Shown here: in pieces, positions 1 to 13,000 of the stretch
Layout of the letters: every line of letters starts with the position of its first letter
Position numbering within the stretch: the first letter of the stretch is position 1
Origin: Eremomyces bilateralis CBS 781.70
Lineage: Eukaryota
DNA length: 64,000 nt
Assembly (NCBI GenBank): GCA_010015585.1
Contig: ML975184.1
Direction: 5' to 3' (one strand)
Translations under genes and position numbers: made by a program
Notes under the pieces: model-generated
Told to the model about the DNA's origin: nothing
Database searches by the model: none
Seen by the model: the letters and a program-made list of their open reading frames with translations, nothing else

Positions 1-1493
1 ATTGCACATACATTGTTGGCGGGCAGATGGATCCAGCGAAAGGTCGGCTTCGATTTGATATTGCGGACCATGGTGTGCACAGATTGCTTGGAATGCTCAT
101 CATCCCAGCCATAGAGCAACTCATACACACTCCGCTTCTCCACCAGCTGGCCCTTGGTGTTTTCACTGTGCCGCGAACTAGGTGGCAACCCGAAATCGAC
201 GATGGTTGCCTCAAACCCTTTGCAAGCTTCCCTGGCCTCCGGGGACAGTCGCGAGCCATATACCGGGGGCGCAAGCATACGCACAATGTCCAAGTGTCCT
301 TTTTGCGCCGCTCGGAGCATCGGCGTGCTGTCGAAGGAGTCCTTGATGTTCAAGACCGTCCTCGGATCCTTTACCAGGGCCTCCACGATGGCTTCATGGC
401 CGTTCTGTGCTGCCCAGTGCAGCGGGGTCATTCCGCTCGACGTTTCCGCATTGATGTCTGCACCGGTTCGCAGTAACAGGTCGACAATACCAACGTGGCC
501 CTTGTCTGCAGCGTTGTGCAGAGCGGTCCAGTTTCCATCCGATGTGAGAGTCGGGTCCGCACCGCATTCGATGAGCATCCGGACGATGCTTTCATGGCCG
601 CTCTCCGCTGCGAACTGGAGAGACGTCCTCCCTCGAGGATTGACCGCCGAGACATTCGGTCGCCTACTGTCCGACTGGCGAAGCAGCGCGGCAACCAACT
701 CCTCTTTTCCAGTGGAGGCTGCCCATAGGAGTGCCGTGCGTCCGGTACTCTTGTCTCTAGTCTCGAGGTCGATCCCACGATCAATCAAAAGCTGGACGGT
801 ATTATCGTTCCATGGCCCGTTCTTCTCGCTCGCGAGATGAACAAGCACTGACTTCTCCCCTCGATCTAACGCATTGACATTGGCCCCGCAGTTAAGCAGC
901 AATCTCATTACATCTACGTGGCCCTTGTACGCGGCGGCAAACAAAGCTGTTCGGCCTGGCTTATCCCGTACGTCCGGGTATGCGCCGCTGTCGAGCAGCA
1001 ATCGAACGAGCGCAACGTTGCCGCCGTAGTGAGGGGTTTCCCGAGCAACCACCTCTTCGTTGGCCGCATCATTACTGCGCTCCTTCGCAGCGTCCTTTCC
1101 AAGCTCTCTGGTCGTGTCTTTCCGTGCGTCGTGCTCGTTTCCTCCACGCTTCCCACGCCCGCTAGCTTTATCTTTTGCGCGCTCCTGAGCCTTGTCTTTT
1201 GGGCGCTCGCTCTCCCCATCTGTGTCCAACTCACACGCCTTATGCAATGCGCTTACTTCGCCGTCGCTGCCAGGATTGACTTCGGCGCCTTTGTGGATGA
1301 GGTACTGCGCAAGCCCGATGCGTCCTCGAGCGACTACACGTTGGAGGGAGATCCGCAGAATCGTTTTGTCCAAGCGCGAGTGCCATGTTGAGCCTTCGAC
1401 GATCTCGCGAATTCGTTTGTCCTTCAAGTCGAGGGCGGCTTTGAGGAGATCCTTATGTCGGTCCTCCGGTGGGTGCGATCCGATGCTCGACAT
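1..1493 (-). CDS. Ankyrin-repeat protein, probably ankyrin plus CorA-like family; 5' part only, runs off the window
   Basis: Not in the ORF track because no stop falls in the window. Manual translation from ATG 1493 gives MSSIGSHPPED...NVALVRLLLDSGAYPDVRDKPGRTALFAAAYKGHVDVMRLLLNCGANVNALD (ankyrin repeats), and near the edge FRWIHLPANN followed by a GTATGT donor at position 11. Confidence 0.85.
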   Translation of the reverse strand, partial: MSSIGSHPPEDRHKDLLKAALDLKDKRIREIVEGSTWHSRLDKTILRISLQRVVARGRIGLAQYLIHKGAEVNPGSDGEVSALHKACELDTDGESERPKDKAQERAKDKASGRGKRGGNEHDARKDTTRELGKDAAKERSNDAANEEVVARETPHYGGNVALVRLLLDSGAYPDVRDKPGRTALFAAAYKGHVDVMRLLLNCGANVNALDRGEKSVLVHLASEKNGPWNDNTVQLLIDRGIDLETRDKSTGRTALLWAASTGKEELVAALLRQSDSRRPNVSAVNPRGRTSLQFAAESGHESIVRMLIECGADPTLTSDGNWTALHNAADKGHVGIVDLLLRTGADINAETSSGMTPLHWAAQNGHEAIVEALVKDPRTVLNIKDSFDSTPMLRAAQKGHLDIVRMLAPPVYGSRLSPEAREACKGFEATIVDFGLPPSSRHSENTKGQLVEKRSVYELLYGWDDEHSKQSVHTMVRNIKSKPTFRWIHLPANNVCA

Positions 1494-2475
1494 TGCGACG
1501 CGCCGGTGGAGGTTCGTATGGGTCGGGTCCAAATCATTGTCCTTGGTCGTATGAATGGTAACGATATCTCATGGTGGTGACAACTGCCATGATTCATCCA
1601 GAGGCAATTCGATGTTTCCCGCAATTCGTACGCCGTGGGGGACATGGGCAACATCTTGAGCAGCTTCAGCTGGCCAAAGACACCCATGCTAGCGTTCTTT
1701 GGAGACATCAATGATCGAAACACGACCTTGAGTCTAGTCCGGTCGATTCTCGCTGTGGTCACCATCGAACCTTTTGCATAAGGCTGAACCGCTCGCGGAG
1801 CTGCGCTGCTGTGCGGGGAACTCTCTCACCCAGTTACACAAGACTATCAGCTTGAAGAGTTCACCATAGTGGCTGAGGCTAGTGCGATAGTGCTATTCCC
1901 GCCGACAGTTTGGGTGGCGATAACTTGAATTCTTGGACCTCGATATCGACAAGTCGTGTTTTGATTTGATTAGTTTAGATGAATGAAGGGAATCAACAGT
2001 GCCGACGACAACACCGTCCTAGTGTTTGAAATCCTTGGGCTTTATTTGACTAGTGTACCGGGGAATCCTACAAAAAGCAACACAGAGGACCGAAAGCACC
2101 GAAAGTACCGCAGTGCCGTATGATATAGAACATTCCGTGCGAGGCATTGTAGTTTCGGTCGGGAATTACCTCCATCCGATCGCCCGACGGTCATAGAAAT
2201 ATAGATCCTCGTCGGTTGGTAGGGACATCGGTGTCGAAAAGAGGAGTGAGCATGAAGTGCTTAAGGGGTTATATTGATTGTATGACTCGGAAAGAAAGAA
2301 AAGCGACCCGCTGCCAAATACCCGTCCAGATGCCCACTATACGCCGCAGTGATTCCAACTCTACCATGAAAATCGTCGTCCTCCATGACAAGGTAACCAC
2401 TCGGGAGGAATCAAGCCTCGGTCGCGTGCGGTGTCTTGCACGAAATATATGGGATATCCGCCCTTGGGAAACCGG

Positions 2476-3381
2476 TCACATGGCCATCTCCTCCTGTAAT
2501 TTCCGCAGCTCTGCCTCTTCATCTTCCTCCTCCCTTGCTTTCCCTTTGACTATTGAACGCCGGTGGTCAGCAGATGCCTCACGATCCGATGCGGGTGGCT
2601 TTCGACTTACTTTCTCCGGTCGCGACCGCGGGTAATCTGGACACTTCGTCACCAACGGGAACCGGCCCGGTCCTCAACATCTTATTATCCAATTCCTCCT
2701 GCTGTAACGCCTCCAGCTCGCCCTCCAGCTCGTCGTTGTCGATCTGCTGGCCGGCGCCTTGCGTGATGGCATCGCCAATTTCTTCGGCGATGGCGTGTTG
2801 GTCGCGGAGGGTTTCCCTGTCGTATAAAATTTAGCCCATGTGCCCGAAACTGAACCGGGAATCCACCGATCTGGATGTGTGGTACGTACATGAGTTGATC
2901 TACCTTATCTACGGTCAGGTCGCCGTGGATGCCTTTCATTGCGACGCCGGCTTTCTGCATGGCTGCCAGCGTTTCCTTATTGATATTTGCCGACTCGATC
3001 GAATAGATCTGCTGCTCAAGAGTCATCACCTGCGACTGGGTCTGTTCCAGCGCCGTGTCCCATTGCTTCTTCTTCCGCAGTGCCGCCTTCGCCACTAATC
3101 GAGCTGTTAGTACATGTCCATGTTGGTACTCCCGACCTTCCTCGTCTGACACTGGATGGGACTCCATCAGGGAGATGTGGCAGACAGGTGCCCAACATAC
3201 AGTTCTTATTCGAGTTGACGTATTTCCTCGCTATCTGCTCCTGCTCATCAATCTGGGTCTGTAGATGCTTCTCCCGCTTCGACAGCATTTCCAGCTGTGA
3301 TCGCAACCCGAGAATCGCGTCTTTGGCACCATCTTTCTTCTTCCCACCGCCGCCGAACCAGCCCATGCCCCAGCTGGCCAT
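2476..3381 (-). CDS. SNF7: ESCRT-III subunit Snf7/Vps32
   Basis: MASWGMGWFGGGGKKKDGAKDAILGLRSQLEMLSKREKHLQ...TLEQQIYSIESANINKET...EEDEEAELRKLQEEMAM*. Introns 3095-3200 and 2817-2889 have canonical GT/AG ends and restore one frame. Confidence 0.95.
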
Positions 3382-4154
3382 GTCGATTGTTGATGGTTGA
3401 GAGCCTCGTTTGGTGGTCGGGGTAGCGACGGTGAAGGTCGGGAGAGGAATGAACCAAACGAATACGCCGAACGTGAATGGTGTGCTCTGGCTTGCAATGC
3501 GGGCTTGTCAAACCTCGCGCCACGGAGGCGCCTGGTTGGGATGGGCTATGTAGCTGGCGGAGTGGATGGCGGGGCGATCAGCCTTTGTTCGGGTCGGGAT
3601 TGAGTGGATGAACTGGACCGGAGATGGATCGAGAGTTGAGGAGGATCCCAAGAAGCATATCACGGTGCAAGCAGGTTGGAGGAGGTGATATCAATGTGAA
3701 AGCCTGGGATGGCAATACCGAATATCAGTGCCTGGAGATCGGAGTCCATGAGTGACAGAGGAGAGAGAGAACACGGACGAGTGACGACTGACGTTGTCCG
3801 ATGCACCGCTGCGCCGTTCAGTTGGCAGTGGCCAGCCAATGAGAAGTGACATGCACACACCAGGGTGGGGGCGCCAAGACCAGACACGTGCCCAGGCAGC
3901 CACATCAGATATAGGCATTAGATTACTAGCCAGTCCAGGTGATTAATACTTGTAATAAATATCATGTAATCAATATCAACCTCCATCTCATCCCCCCACC
4001 ATTTGCATTCACTATTCGTCCACCATTGTTCCCGAAACAATACTTACCGTACCTACCAATGCTCAGATCCCCAACAAAAGCCTTGACAATATCCAGTCGG
4101 GTCAGATCGGCTCGGAAATCTAGACAAGCATCGTTTCATGCAACACGTCAATTC

Positions 4155-4609
4155 ATGGCGACCCCCATTCCCTCCCAGCTCATCCTTCTGTCCGATCTAC
4201 CCAAGGTGGATCCAACTGAAAAGGTCCGTTTCCTCAGCTGGTAGGTGACTTGGTCCATTCTTCACTGTGCCCAGATTCACAGAATGCCAGCGTCCAGAGC
4301 TATGATCCGGCAAAGGGCCTTATTCTCGGTCACAATTGCCAATCTCGACTAGGAGCTCAAGTGTCCGCAGTGGTAGAGATATCTCATTTGCTCCCGGATA
4401 TCAGCCCACAACTTCTACAGGTTGGGGAATGGGTCAACGTGATTGGGTATGTGCAGGAAAATCCTGGGAACACTTCCTTCAAACCAGAGCCGCAGCATGT
4501 CCCCATCCAAGCCGTCATGCTGTGGTCGGCCGGAGCAATTGATATTGCAGAGTATGAGCGGGTTGCAGCTGCACGATTTCAACTTTCTCACTCTCGAAAT
4601 GCCACTTGA
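4155..4609 (+). CDS. TEN1: Telomere-capping CST complex subunit Ten1 (OB fold)
   Basis: MATPIPSQLILLSDL...KVRFLSC|VQSYD...LQVGEWVNVIGYV...QAVMLWSAGAIDIAEYE matches the fungal Ten1 pattern. Intron 4241-4290. Confidence 0.8.
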
Positions 4610-4704
4610 GCACGCATTGATCGATGCATTAGTTGGTGTCATATGGTCACCATGACTGCTATCCGGCGTTGGTGTCGAGGGCCACCTATTCGGCGGCGGC
4701 AGCG

Positions 4705-5988
4705 TCAGCCTGGTTCTCTAGACACCACACTCCCCTCCACGGCCATCAACCACCGGACTCCATCAATCCCAATATCCCATTTACTCCCTTCTAAACGAAC
4801 CACATCTCCTTCGGTAGCACATCGACTCCCCTTCCCCAAACCCAACCCGGTCACAACCCCCACCCACTTCACTTCTTCTCCAACTATCCCCTTCATCAGC
4901 GACAAACCCCCCAACCCAGGCCTCGCCGTCCCTCGCTGAATCTCTCCTACCCGCACCGTCACCACCTTCTCACGCACGCCCCGGTTCCCCACCGCCGCCG
5001 CTGGCTTCCATCCTCTCCACACTGCCTGGCTCTGCCGTGCGCTCGCAGTCTGTTCTTTCTCCCATCCCTCGACAATCCACCCCGCCACCGTCGCCGCCAT
5101 ACCGCCTTCCACGAACCGGTATCCGCGCTTCCGAGGACTGAAGGTCTCGGCACTGGGTTGTGCCTGCTGAGGGGAATCCGCAGGCGGGCGGATGAACGCT
5201 TTCGGTCCAGCCGCCGTCCGTGGTCGAGTGGAGTTGGACGTTGTGGGTGTGCGTTCGGAAGGATGCAGGATAAACCGTGGTTTGGTGGCGGCTGGCGTCG
5301 TGATGGCGAGCGTGTTCCTGGGTTTGTTTGGAAGGCCACGGCGTGGTGGGGGCGGTGCTGGGGTTGGAGGTGGTGAGGAAGCGTGGAAGTTCCGAGCCGC
5401 GGAAAGGGGCGATGTCAACCGCTGCCGCTTACAAGGAGTGAAGGGGTCGATACGGTGACACGGTTTTGTCGAGCTGGACTGGATGGTACTCGAGTCATTG
5501 AAACGGATATTCGAGTCGTGTGCTTCGCTATCAAGTAGCATTTCATCACTATCGGTAGCTTGCCCATGTTCTGCTCGTCCGTCGGTCGCTGGAGGAGGGC
5601 TCCAAGACTCTTCGATACTCTCGACTCTCTTCAATCGCCTTCTATGGCCGCGTTGGTCACCAGAATCAAATTCTCTGATGTCTATGGGATCCGTTTGCAA
5701 CGCACGAGTGTTAATGGCGTCCATAGGGTCCCGCCGCTCACGCCGTTCGAGGTCAGATGCAGGAATCGCATCTTTCTTTCTCAGGGAAAACTTGGGTGTC
5801 CGCGCAAACCGCGCGTGCGATGGCGTAAACTGCTGAAACGGTTTGGCGCCTTTAATTTGACTTTGAAGTTGCGACAACGCTGGTACAGAGAGCGGCGTCC
5901 GAGGTGGTGGCGGGTGAGGGCGTTTGGAAGGCTTCTGTCCAGGTAGTGTAAATCGATGAGGCGATGGGGTTGAGAAATTCATCTTCAA
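4705..5988 (-). CDS. Hypothetical protein with disordered N-terminus and possible C-terminal beta/OB-like domain
   Basis: 427-aa uninterrupted ORF (first ATG 5982). Ordered-looking C-terminal motifs FSPRKRGYRFVEGGMAATVAGW and GDVVRLEGSKW. Confidence 0.7.
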   Translation of the reverse strand: MKMNFSTPSPHRFTLPGQKPSKRPHPPPPRTPLSVPALSQLQSQIKGAKPFQQFTPSHARFARTPKFSLRKKDAIPASDLERRERRDPMDAINTRALQTDPIDIREFDSGDQRGHRRRLKRVESIEESWSPPPATDGRAEHGQATDSDEMLLDSEAHDSNIRFNDSSTIQSSSTKPCHRIDPFTPCKRQRLTSPLSAARNFHASSPPPTPAPPPPRRGLPNKPRNTLAITTPAATKPRFILHPSERTPTTSNSTRPRTAAGPKAFIRPPADSPQQAQPSAETFSPRKRGYRFVEGGMAATVAGWIVEGWEKEQTASARQSQAVWRGWKPAAAVGNRGVREKVVTVRVGEIQRGTARPGLGGLSLMKGIVGEEVKWVGVVTGLGLGKGSRCATEGDVVRLEGSKWDIGIDGVRWLMAVEGSVVSREPG

Positions 5989-6849
5989 TGATACGCTCTA
6001 GTAGCGATGGAGCTAGCATGGCATGATGTTGGCTATGATAGAACACGGTAGATCCGTTTCATGGACATAATGTAAACTGAACTGAAGCGGAAGTCTGCGA
6101 AATCTCAAAGTCGCGAAAGTCGCGAACATCGCGTCATGGAAGTGCACGTGGGGCGAGGATGTCGCGTGATCACGTGGTGACGGTCTTGGTTGATTACTAG
6201 TTGTTGCCACAGCGGCAAAAATACTTCTGTTTCTAGTTAGTGCAAGAATCAAGGCATTTCCTATTTAGGCGAATAATAGGTGCCATTTATTGTTGGATAG
6301 CATGATCTTGGTTTAACGGCGAAATCCGTCCCTGGCGGATGACACTGACGTTGTGTCCCTTTCTATCATCACAGAAGATCCCGGCGTTGGAGGGAACCTG
6401 CTCGATTTGTCGTCCGTCAGCGCATATGGAAACCTATTGCGCAGTTATATTTGATGGGTGAATTCCAACCAATGGCTGTGGTTAGATGATATTAGCCATG
6501 CAGTGCCCGGGCGAAGGCGAAAGCCAACCACGGGTCCTGTTTTGCGACTGAAGCATATCTTCCAGAGAACGAATAAGCATCCAACAGATGCAGATGCACA
6601 AGAAAAGAGCTGAATGTTATACAGTGTTGTACATTGATAAACGACAAACATCATATCGTCGGCAAATATCATTGAGCAACAGCCATGAAGTCTCGTACGT
6701 ATCATTCCAATGCCCAACCTTCGTGGGCCATATTCGTCATTTATAGCCATGATCATCATGAAAGGATCGCTAAACAAATGGAGAGGGCCCGACCAGCTTA
6801 GGTTCTCGGAATGCCTCAATAACGCAAGTCCTGGAAATCGCAAAGGAAT

Positions 6850-9800
6850 TTAAAACCAATCGTCGGCCCATCCCGTCTCACGGAGACGTTGAAGCACACC
6901 CCGACAACCTTCCACCAACTCGCCATCGCCGGTAAGCATGCCTTTGACTTCCTTAAGCATCTCATCCGTCCGACTCTTCAGCTCGACGTGCGCTTGGACC
7001 TCCCTTTTCGAGCCGCCATTCATCGCCGACATCCCCCCATACTGGACCGTCGCGTACGAGCAAGCCCATTTCACCAGCGCTGCAATGTAGACGCCCAGCT
7101 CAGCATCGAAGCTCAGCCGCTCTCCTTTGTCCCTTTCCCCTCCCACGGCACTAGGTTCAGCCAGGGAGCCGATCCCAGCGAATTCAAGCACTCGATCCGC
7201 CATCGTGCTCGCAACACCCGCGGCGCCGGTGTCCACCCACCCACTCACAGTCTGCTTAGCCTCTTCGTACCGCACCGCGCCTTGCCGCGAGTCCGTGGAC
7301 AGGCGGGCGGAGTAGACCCAGCTTTCGCCAGCAACGGCGAGTAGGGAGCGGAGGGGTGAGTTCATGGCGGATAGGGTTGCTGCGAGGACGACGCTGGCGG
7401 AGCGGGAGGGGGATTTGAATTGAGAAGATAAGAGGGAAGCGGGGAAGACGGAAGAGGAGGTAAGAGGATCGGTGACAGCAGCGCTGAGGGTGGGGCAGAG
7501 GGGCGCACAGCAAGCCACGAGTAGGGTTTGGAAGTAGTCGTAGGGGCGTGGAGAGTTGGATTCGGTAGCGTTGGTGGTGGTGGTGGTGGTGGTATAAGTT
7601 TGCATTGCGGATTGGAGGGAAGGCTGAGGATGAGTTGTGTGGCGGAGGAGGGCGTAGAATTCGCCCGCAGATCCGGCATCCCATATCTCGATCGGGACTG
7701 GAAAGGGAAGCGCTCGTTTGGCGAGGATCGAGAGCTTCATGCCGCGGCAAAGGAACGTTGTGTGTTGGGTGTCAAGCATGAAGCAGGCCATGAGCAATCG
7801 CAATTTGCTCTGCTTCCGGACGAACTCCAGCCAGCCCTCCGAGCCCAGATGGTTCGCAATCCCAGCCGCTGGTTCGCATTTGAAGTTTTCAAGTGTTGCG
7901 GTAAGTGCATCCTGGTCACATCCGAGCTTCACAAGGACATCAGCGGGACGGTCGGCAACGAATTGACCTCGGAGACTTACGAAATCGTACACCGTTGTAA
8001 ACTGGACAGAGAGACCACTAGGTGCCCGTCTGGCCTTGAACTGCGCGAAGTACTCCACCAGATACACCACTTGCATTTCCTCAATGGTAAGGGATGCTAC
8101 ATTTGGAGGAAGCTGTGCGTCATAGTCAGCATAGTACATATGAATAAACCATGGAGGAGAAGGGCATGTAGGAAGTCGCATACCTTCAACACTTCCGAGG
8201 AGCACCAATTATGCATAGCTCGGGCGTCGTGAAGCGCGGCCGGTGTCCCAACCATCTCCGCGCCGATTGCCATCATAGCTCCAAGCAGCAACGGGTAAAG
8301 CGGGTGAGAATTGGGAGGAGGGACGGAGGGACGGTGAAGGACTGAAAACTGGGGATGGAAAGACTTCCAATAGGAATCAATATACTGCTGCCGGATGTCC
8401 GGATCAAGGCTCGTAATACCCATAGGAAGCTGTCGATGTTGGTGTTGAGGCGATGCGTGCGTCATGCTCCCGCTCCACGACAATGGATCGGGTGTGAATT
8501 GAGGGCTCTTGGCCGATGGTGTTGGGAAGTCCATTGGGAGTGTGGTGGGAAAGGTGACTACGGATGGAGCAGGCGATACGCTGCTAGATGGAATGTAGGC
8601 AGACCCCTCGGTCGAATTCCAGACTTGTTCTTGCCCCGAGGTTATAGAGACAGGTGACATACTTGCCGATGGATAGTTAGACTGCCACGGCTCTATCATG
8701 GAGGCTGCGCATGAGGAGGGATTGCTAGAAAGGTTCGGAGCGTAAGAGTCGTTTCCGTATGGGAGAGTATAGTTCCAGTTCCAGCCCCCTAGAAGAGATT
8801 CTCCTCCGAGTGGCGGGGGGTTCTCAACCGAGATGCAGACTGACGGGGCTAAAGATACCTCCGGAAGAGGAGTGCCCGGAATGGAGATGCTGCAGGACGT
8901 TCATGTCAGCACTAGGGCCAGCCAGGCGATGGGAATTAATAAACAGAAATATGGTCTATGCTCTCTACAGAGACTCACTTGAAATTGCTTTTTGGAGTAG
9001 TAGAGAATGACTGAGACGGAGACGAAGAAACACCTAATGATTTCAAGAGCTTAAACTGAGAATTCGTGTACCTTGGAGCAGCCATTGACGTAGAGGCGCC
9101 GCCGAATGCAGTAGCCGCAAGAGGGTCAAGGAATGCCGCGGAAGCAAATGTTGGGGATCTTGCAACTGGCATCGTCACCGTGGCAGAAGACGATGAGGCC
9201 GGGAAGTGCCAGCTTGCATCTGAACCCTGCCGAGACTTCGCAGGACTATCGTCAGGCAATAGACTGTAGATATCAGTACTCGTTCGATTGAGATCTAGAG
9301 TAGACATACCACTTCTCTTCATGTCGCTGCAACAGGTCCTGTCGGTGGAAAGTCTTCCCACAACTGTGCTTGCATGGGGTAGTAGATCCATGGTTTTGCT
9401 GGTGCCGCCTGAGACGATTGAGTACAGTCCGACTGGGCAATTGGATTCCACGAACCTAAGATGTTCTGCTCTCGAGTACGTCTTCCCACAACTACAATTG
9501 TGAGCACCTTGCAAGCCTTTCTTTGCTCTGCTAATGCGGCCAGTGCGGGTATAGCTGATTTCACCTAGGGCATGCCGCGGGTGCCTCCCAGACTTGGAGG
9601 TCTCGGGGTGCGAATGTCCACTCATGATGGACGCTTTTCGTTTAGGAGACGACAAGCTCGCACTGAATTCGTTTCTGGTCGACTTCGAAAGCTCGTGAAC
9701 AAAAGTGGAGGTGTCGGAGGAGAGTCCGGATGCACTGGCGGTCCGTGGTGGGGTTAGGGACGTTTTATTAATAGCATCGGAAGGACCATAGTCCTCATAT

Positions 9801-10006
9801 GATGTCGCCTGTGTTCTTGAAGGCATGGATGCATGGGAAGTGTGAGGAATCGCCTGTATATGAGGCTCGGACATAGCCGCACCGCCACGGACACTGCCAC
9901 TTATCCCAGCACTCGATCGGTGTGCTCGTGACAATGACCCCTGGTTCATGAAGACAGGAGTCCCAAAAAAACCATGGGTCGATGGGAATTCAGCCATAGC
10001 AGTCAT
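6850..10006 (-). CDS. C2H2 zinc-finger plus fungal-specific TF-domain transcription factor (Adr1/AmdX-like fingers)
   Basis: Spliced fingers CSCGKTYSRAEHLR|RH and CKHSCGKTFHRQDLLQRH, then YIDSYWKSFHPQFSVLHRPS...LLLGAMMAIGA (fungal TF middle domain). About 4 introns join ORFs 8975-10186, 8097-8699 and 6850-8208. Start codon approximate. Confidence 0.85.
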
Positions 10007-13000
10007 TTGTGATTTAGAAAACTCCGTGGCGCATACACGGCCGAGAGTTGGGACTCTGTTGTCAACGTGATCCGAATTCCTTGGAGTCGTCCGATGTGTA
10101 GTCGATGTGTAGAAGCGACGAATGCACAATACAGGATCTGGATGGGGGTGGCGCTCGACCAGAAGGCCGTCCACTCCAATGCCCACCTTTAATTCATGTG
10201 GTGATAAACCGAACCGACTCCACGGTGATGAGCAGAATGAGTCGGATAGACAAATGATAAGTATTCGTGAGGAAGGGCGGGTCCTGAACGAAAGGAAAAC
10301 AGGTTCTATAGAAACCCTTGCAATGAAGCGTAAATAAAGAAGCGAAAGGATCAGAGGTTGGTAGCCTTGCTCGTTCGTGGAAGAAGACGGAAGGATGCGA
10401 CAGGATACTTGTACTGAGACTAGTATGCGCTACCAGGTATACCAACGGTCCGCATCTCCATGCTAGGAGATTCCACGATGAAGAATCAGCCCTGTCGAAT
10501 GGGTATGACAGGTCTGAATCAAGAACGGTCGACCGTCCTCAGTTTGTAATATAGGTGATGTTGCTCGGTTCGAAAGCCCCAGATGGTCGGCCAGGGGATA
10601 GAGAGAAACAATGCGAAGCATGAGGAGGTGCAGTAGGGTGTATAGCATTCATGTCAGTAATAAGATATTGGGGTGCGGGTGTTTCCAAAAAGTTGGGATG
10701 CCAAATCGTGCCCAGTGGACTATGAATAGCACCTGGAAACCGGGGATTGGAAACCGTAACGAACCTGCATAGTGCATCAGGAACACACCAAGCATTGATA
10801 TATCCGGTTTCTGGACGAACTAATTAGAGGGAAGGCGTAGAAGGTTTGCACACCAGCCGGATGGACCATCATAGTCGTGCGGATTGCGGAACAAACCCTT
10901 GCCTGCAGAATTGTGTGCACGGCCATTCTAGGCTGTGGATAATACGTTAATCATGCATATTCTGTCGTTGCAACGATAATACCAAGTTGGAGATGAACGA
11001 GCGCCGAGAACGCATACTACATACATTCCCTGCAGCCTTGTCGGCCGAAGGCTTGTCGACAGGCTAGAAATCATTGGTTCGGGCCCAAGGGGTGGGCGAA
11101 GGCGAGATGATCATCTTCCGTAGTCTGTTGAAAAGCAACAGCATAAATGTGTTGGATGTTGGCCAACTGCAATTGGAGAGAAGTGGCTGGGCGGCCCGAA
11201 ATGGCTGTGGGGATGATGTGGGGACTATGGAGGGACTTTTGGCAGCCCCGTGGCAGGGGAGGCCCAGAGGCCACAGGGCACCGCATGGCCCATGGGGAAT
11301 TGGGGGATGGGCCAACTGGCCACTGGGGAATGGGGATTGGGGATCCTGATTCCTGTGGCACTGGCATCTGCGGTGGCTACGTCTATGTTCAACTAAGCTC
11401 GAGCCGTGAAAGTAATGAACCTGTTCATGCCACTTCGTGGGATAATGATAGATGGGACGTGGACGGTGGACGAGAATCTAGATGAATGTGCCAAGATGGT
11501 ATGACGATCGGACTAAATTTGGCAGTGAGGGATAGGACCGGATGTTGGAATTCGGATCTCTCGAAAGTCGAACCAAGCCGAAACGGGTGCATAAGATGAT
11601 GAGAGCAACTGCAGCACCAGGGCTGTGCTCTCGCCTCTCATCACACTTATTCACACCAAGATGCTTTCTCGCGATCCGGCTTCCGTCCAGGGTCTCAATA
11701 CTCTGTAATTCAGCGCGGAAGCCCGAAAGTCCAACATCCTTCAATGGCCATACTGATTACTAGCCAATTGGCAATTGCAGACATCATTGGCCCATTCCGG
11801 CCATACTCTGCGACTTCCCAACCATTAAGGAGCATACAAAGTATACTGCGGTCTTGAAACGTCGTACTGGACTTTATGGCTCTATATTTAGCTGTTTCAT
11901 CTTTCCAGTCGGTCTACACCGCAGAAGATACCGTCTTTCAGCTTCGTCCAAGCTCCATAGAAGCGGACTGAGCGATTTTCTGTTGGTTTGCAAGACTACG
12001 GCTAGTGGCGATCACTGCAAGGAAAGAACTGCACAACGATGGTATACAAACCAAAAGAACCGTCGTCCCATTGTCATTCGGTGCGATTGTGTTAAGGCAC
12101 TCGAAGCAAGTTGACTGTGATGTTTTGGTTCTTCGATTTGGCGGCTTCGATTGGTTGTTGGCGATTCCTTGCCAATTTCGTTTAGCGAGATATTAGACTC
12201 TGGTCGACAGACACAGAGCACGACTGCATGAGGAGCTACCCAATGTTCTCTCCGCGATTGGGACCTCAAGGGCTGAACTCTGAAAATGGGATGTAGCGAG
12301 GAGAGGGCGATCATCCAAGGGATCTCTCGTGTCGACCCGTCGTGTTCCCACAATCCCATATTTCAGCCTTGCCGACCTTCGTCCGGTCCCAAGGCCCTGG
12401 TTCATGTCATCTCAATCCCAGCCAGAGTACTGGACCTGCAAAGCGCGACTCAGCCCATTGATGGTAAAATGATGCGAGTATGTTCCATCGGCCAGTACCG
12501 GGGGAGATACCGAATGACACCGTTGGGTTTGGAGGACAGGGTTAGTTTTACACGTAATGCGAATTACCTATAGTTCCATCCAAATTTAGGGCAGATTGTG
12601 GTTTGACCATGCCCTTCAGCCTGCGGGTGACGACTGACGAAGTTCGATGTTTGCATAATTCTCGCACGGTGCGTCAGTGTATCCTAGAGCGGAATTCCGA
12701 AGCTCCATAGTTCCGCCGATGCTTTCCACGCCATGGCAACTAGGAGCCTTGGGCATAATTATGCGGGATGCATGCCAGTGTTTGGCGCTTTGGGCTTCTT
12801 GGTTCCCTCGCTGCGTCCGATCGTGCGTTGACCGTTGGCCGTTGAAACCGATGATGTGCCTAAAGTTCAAGAGCTTCCAAATCAAGCAATCGCGTGAGAT
12901 CAAGACGAACATTGGTCTGCATTCAACCTCCAATCGATCGCCTGCCAAGTCACGACAACCCAGGGAATGAGAGAATATGCGAGGGATTTGGCCATTTAGC

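Noticed and set aside
154..840. 228-aa + strand ORF and similar overlapping ORFs across the window
   Set aside because: Antisense or off-frame shadows of GC-rich genes, here the ankyrin gene.
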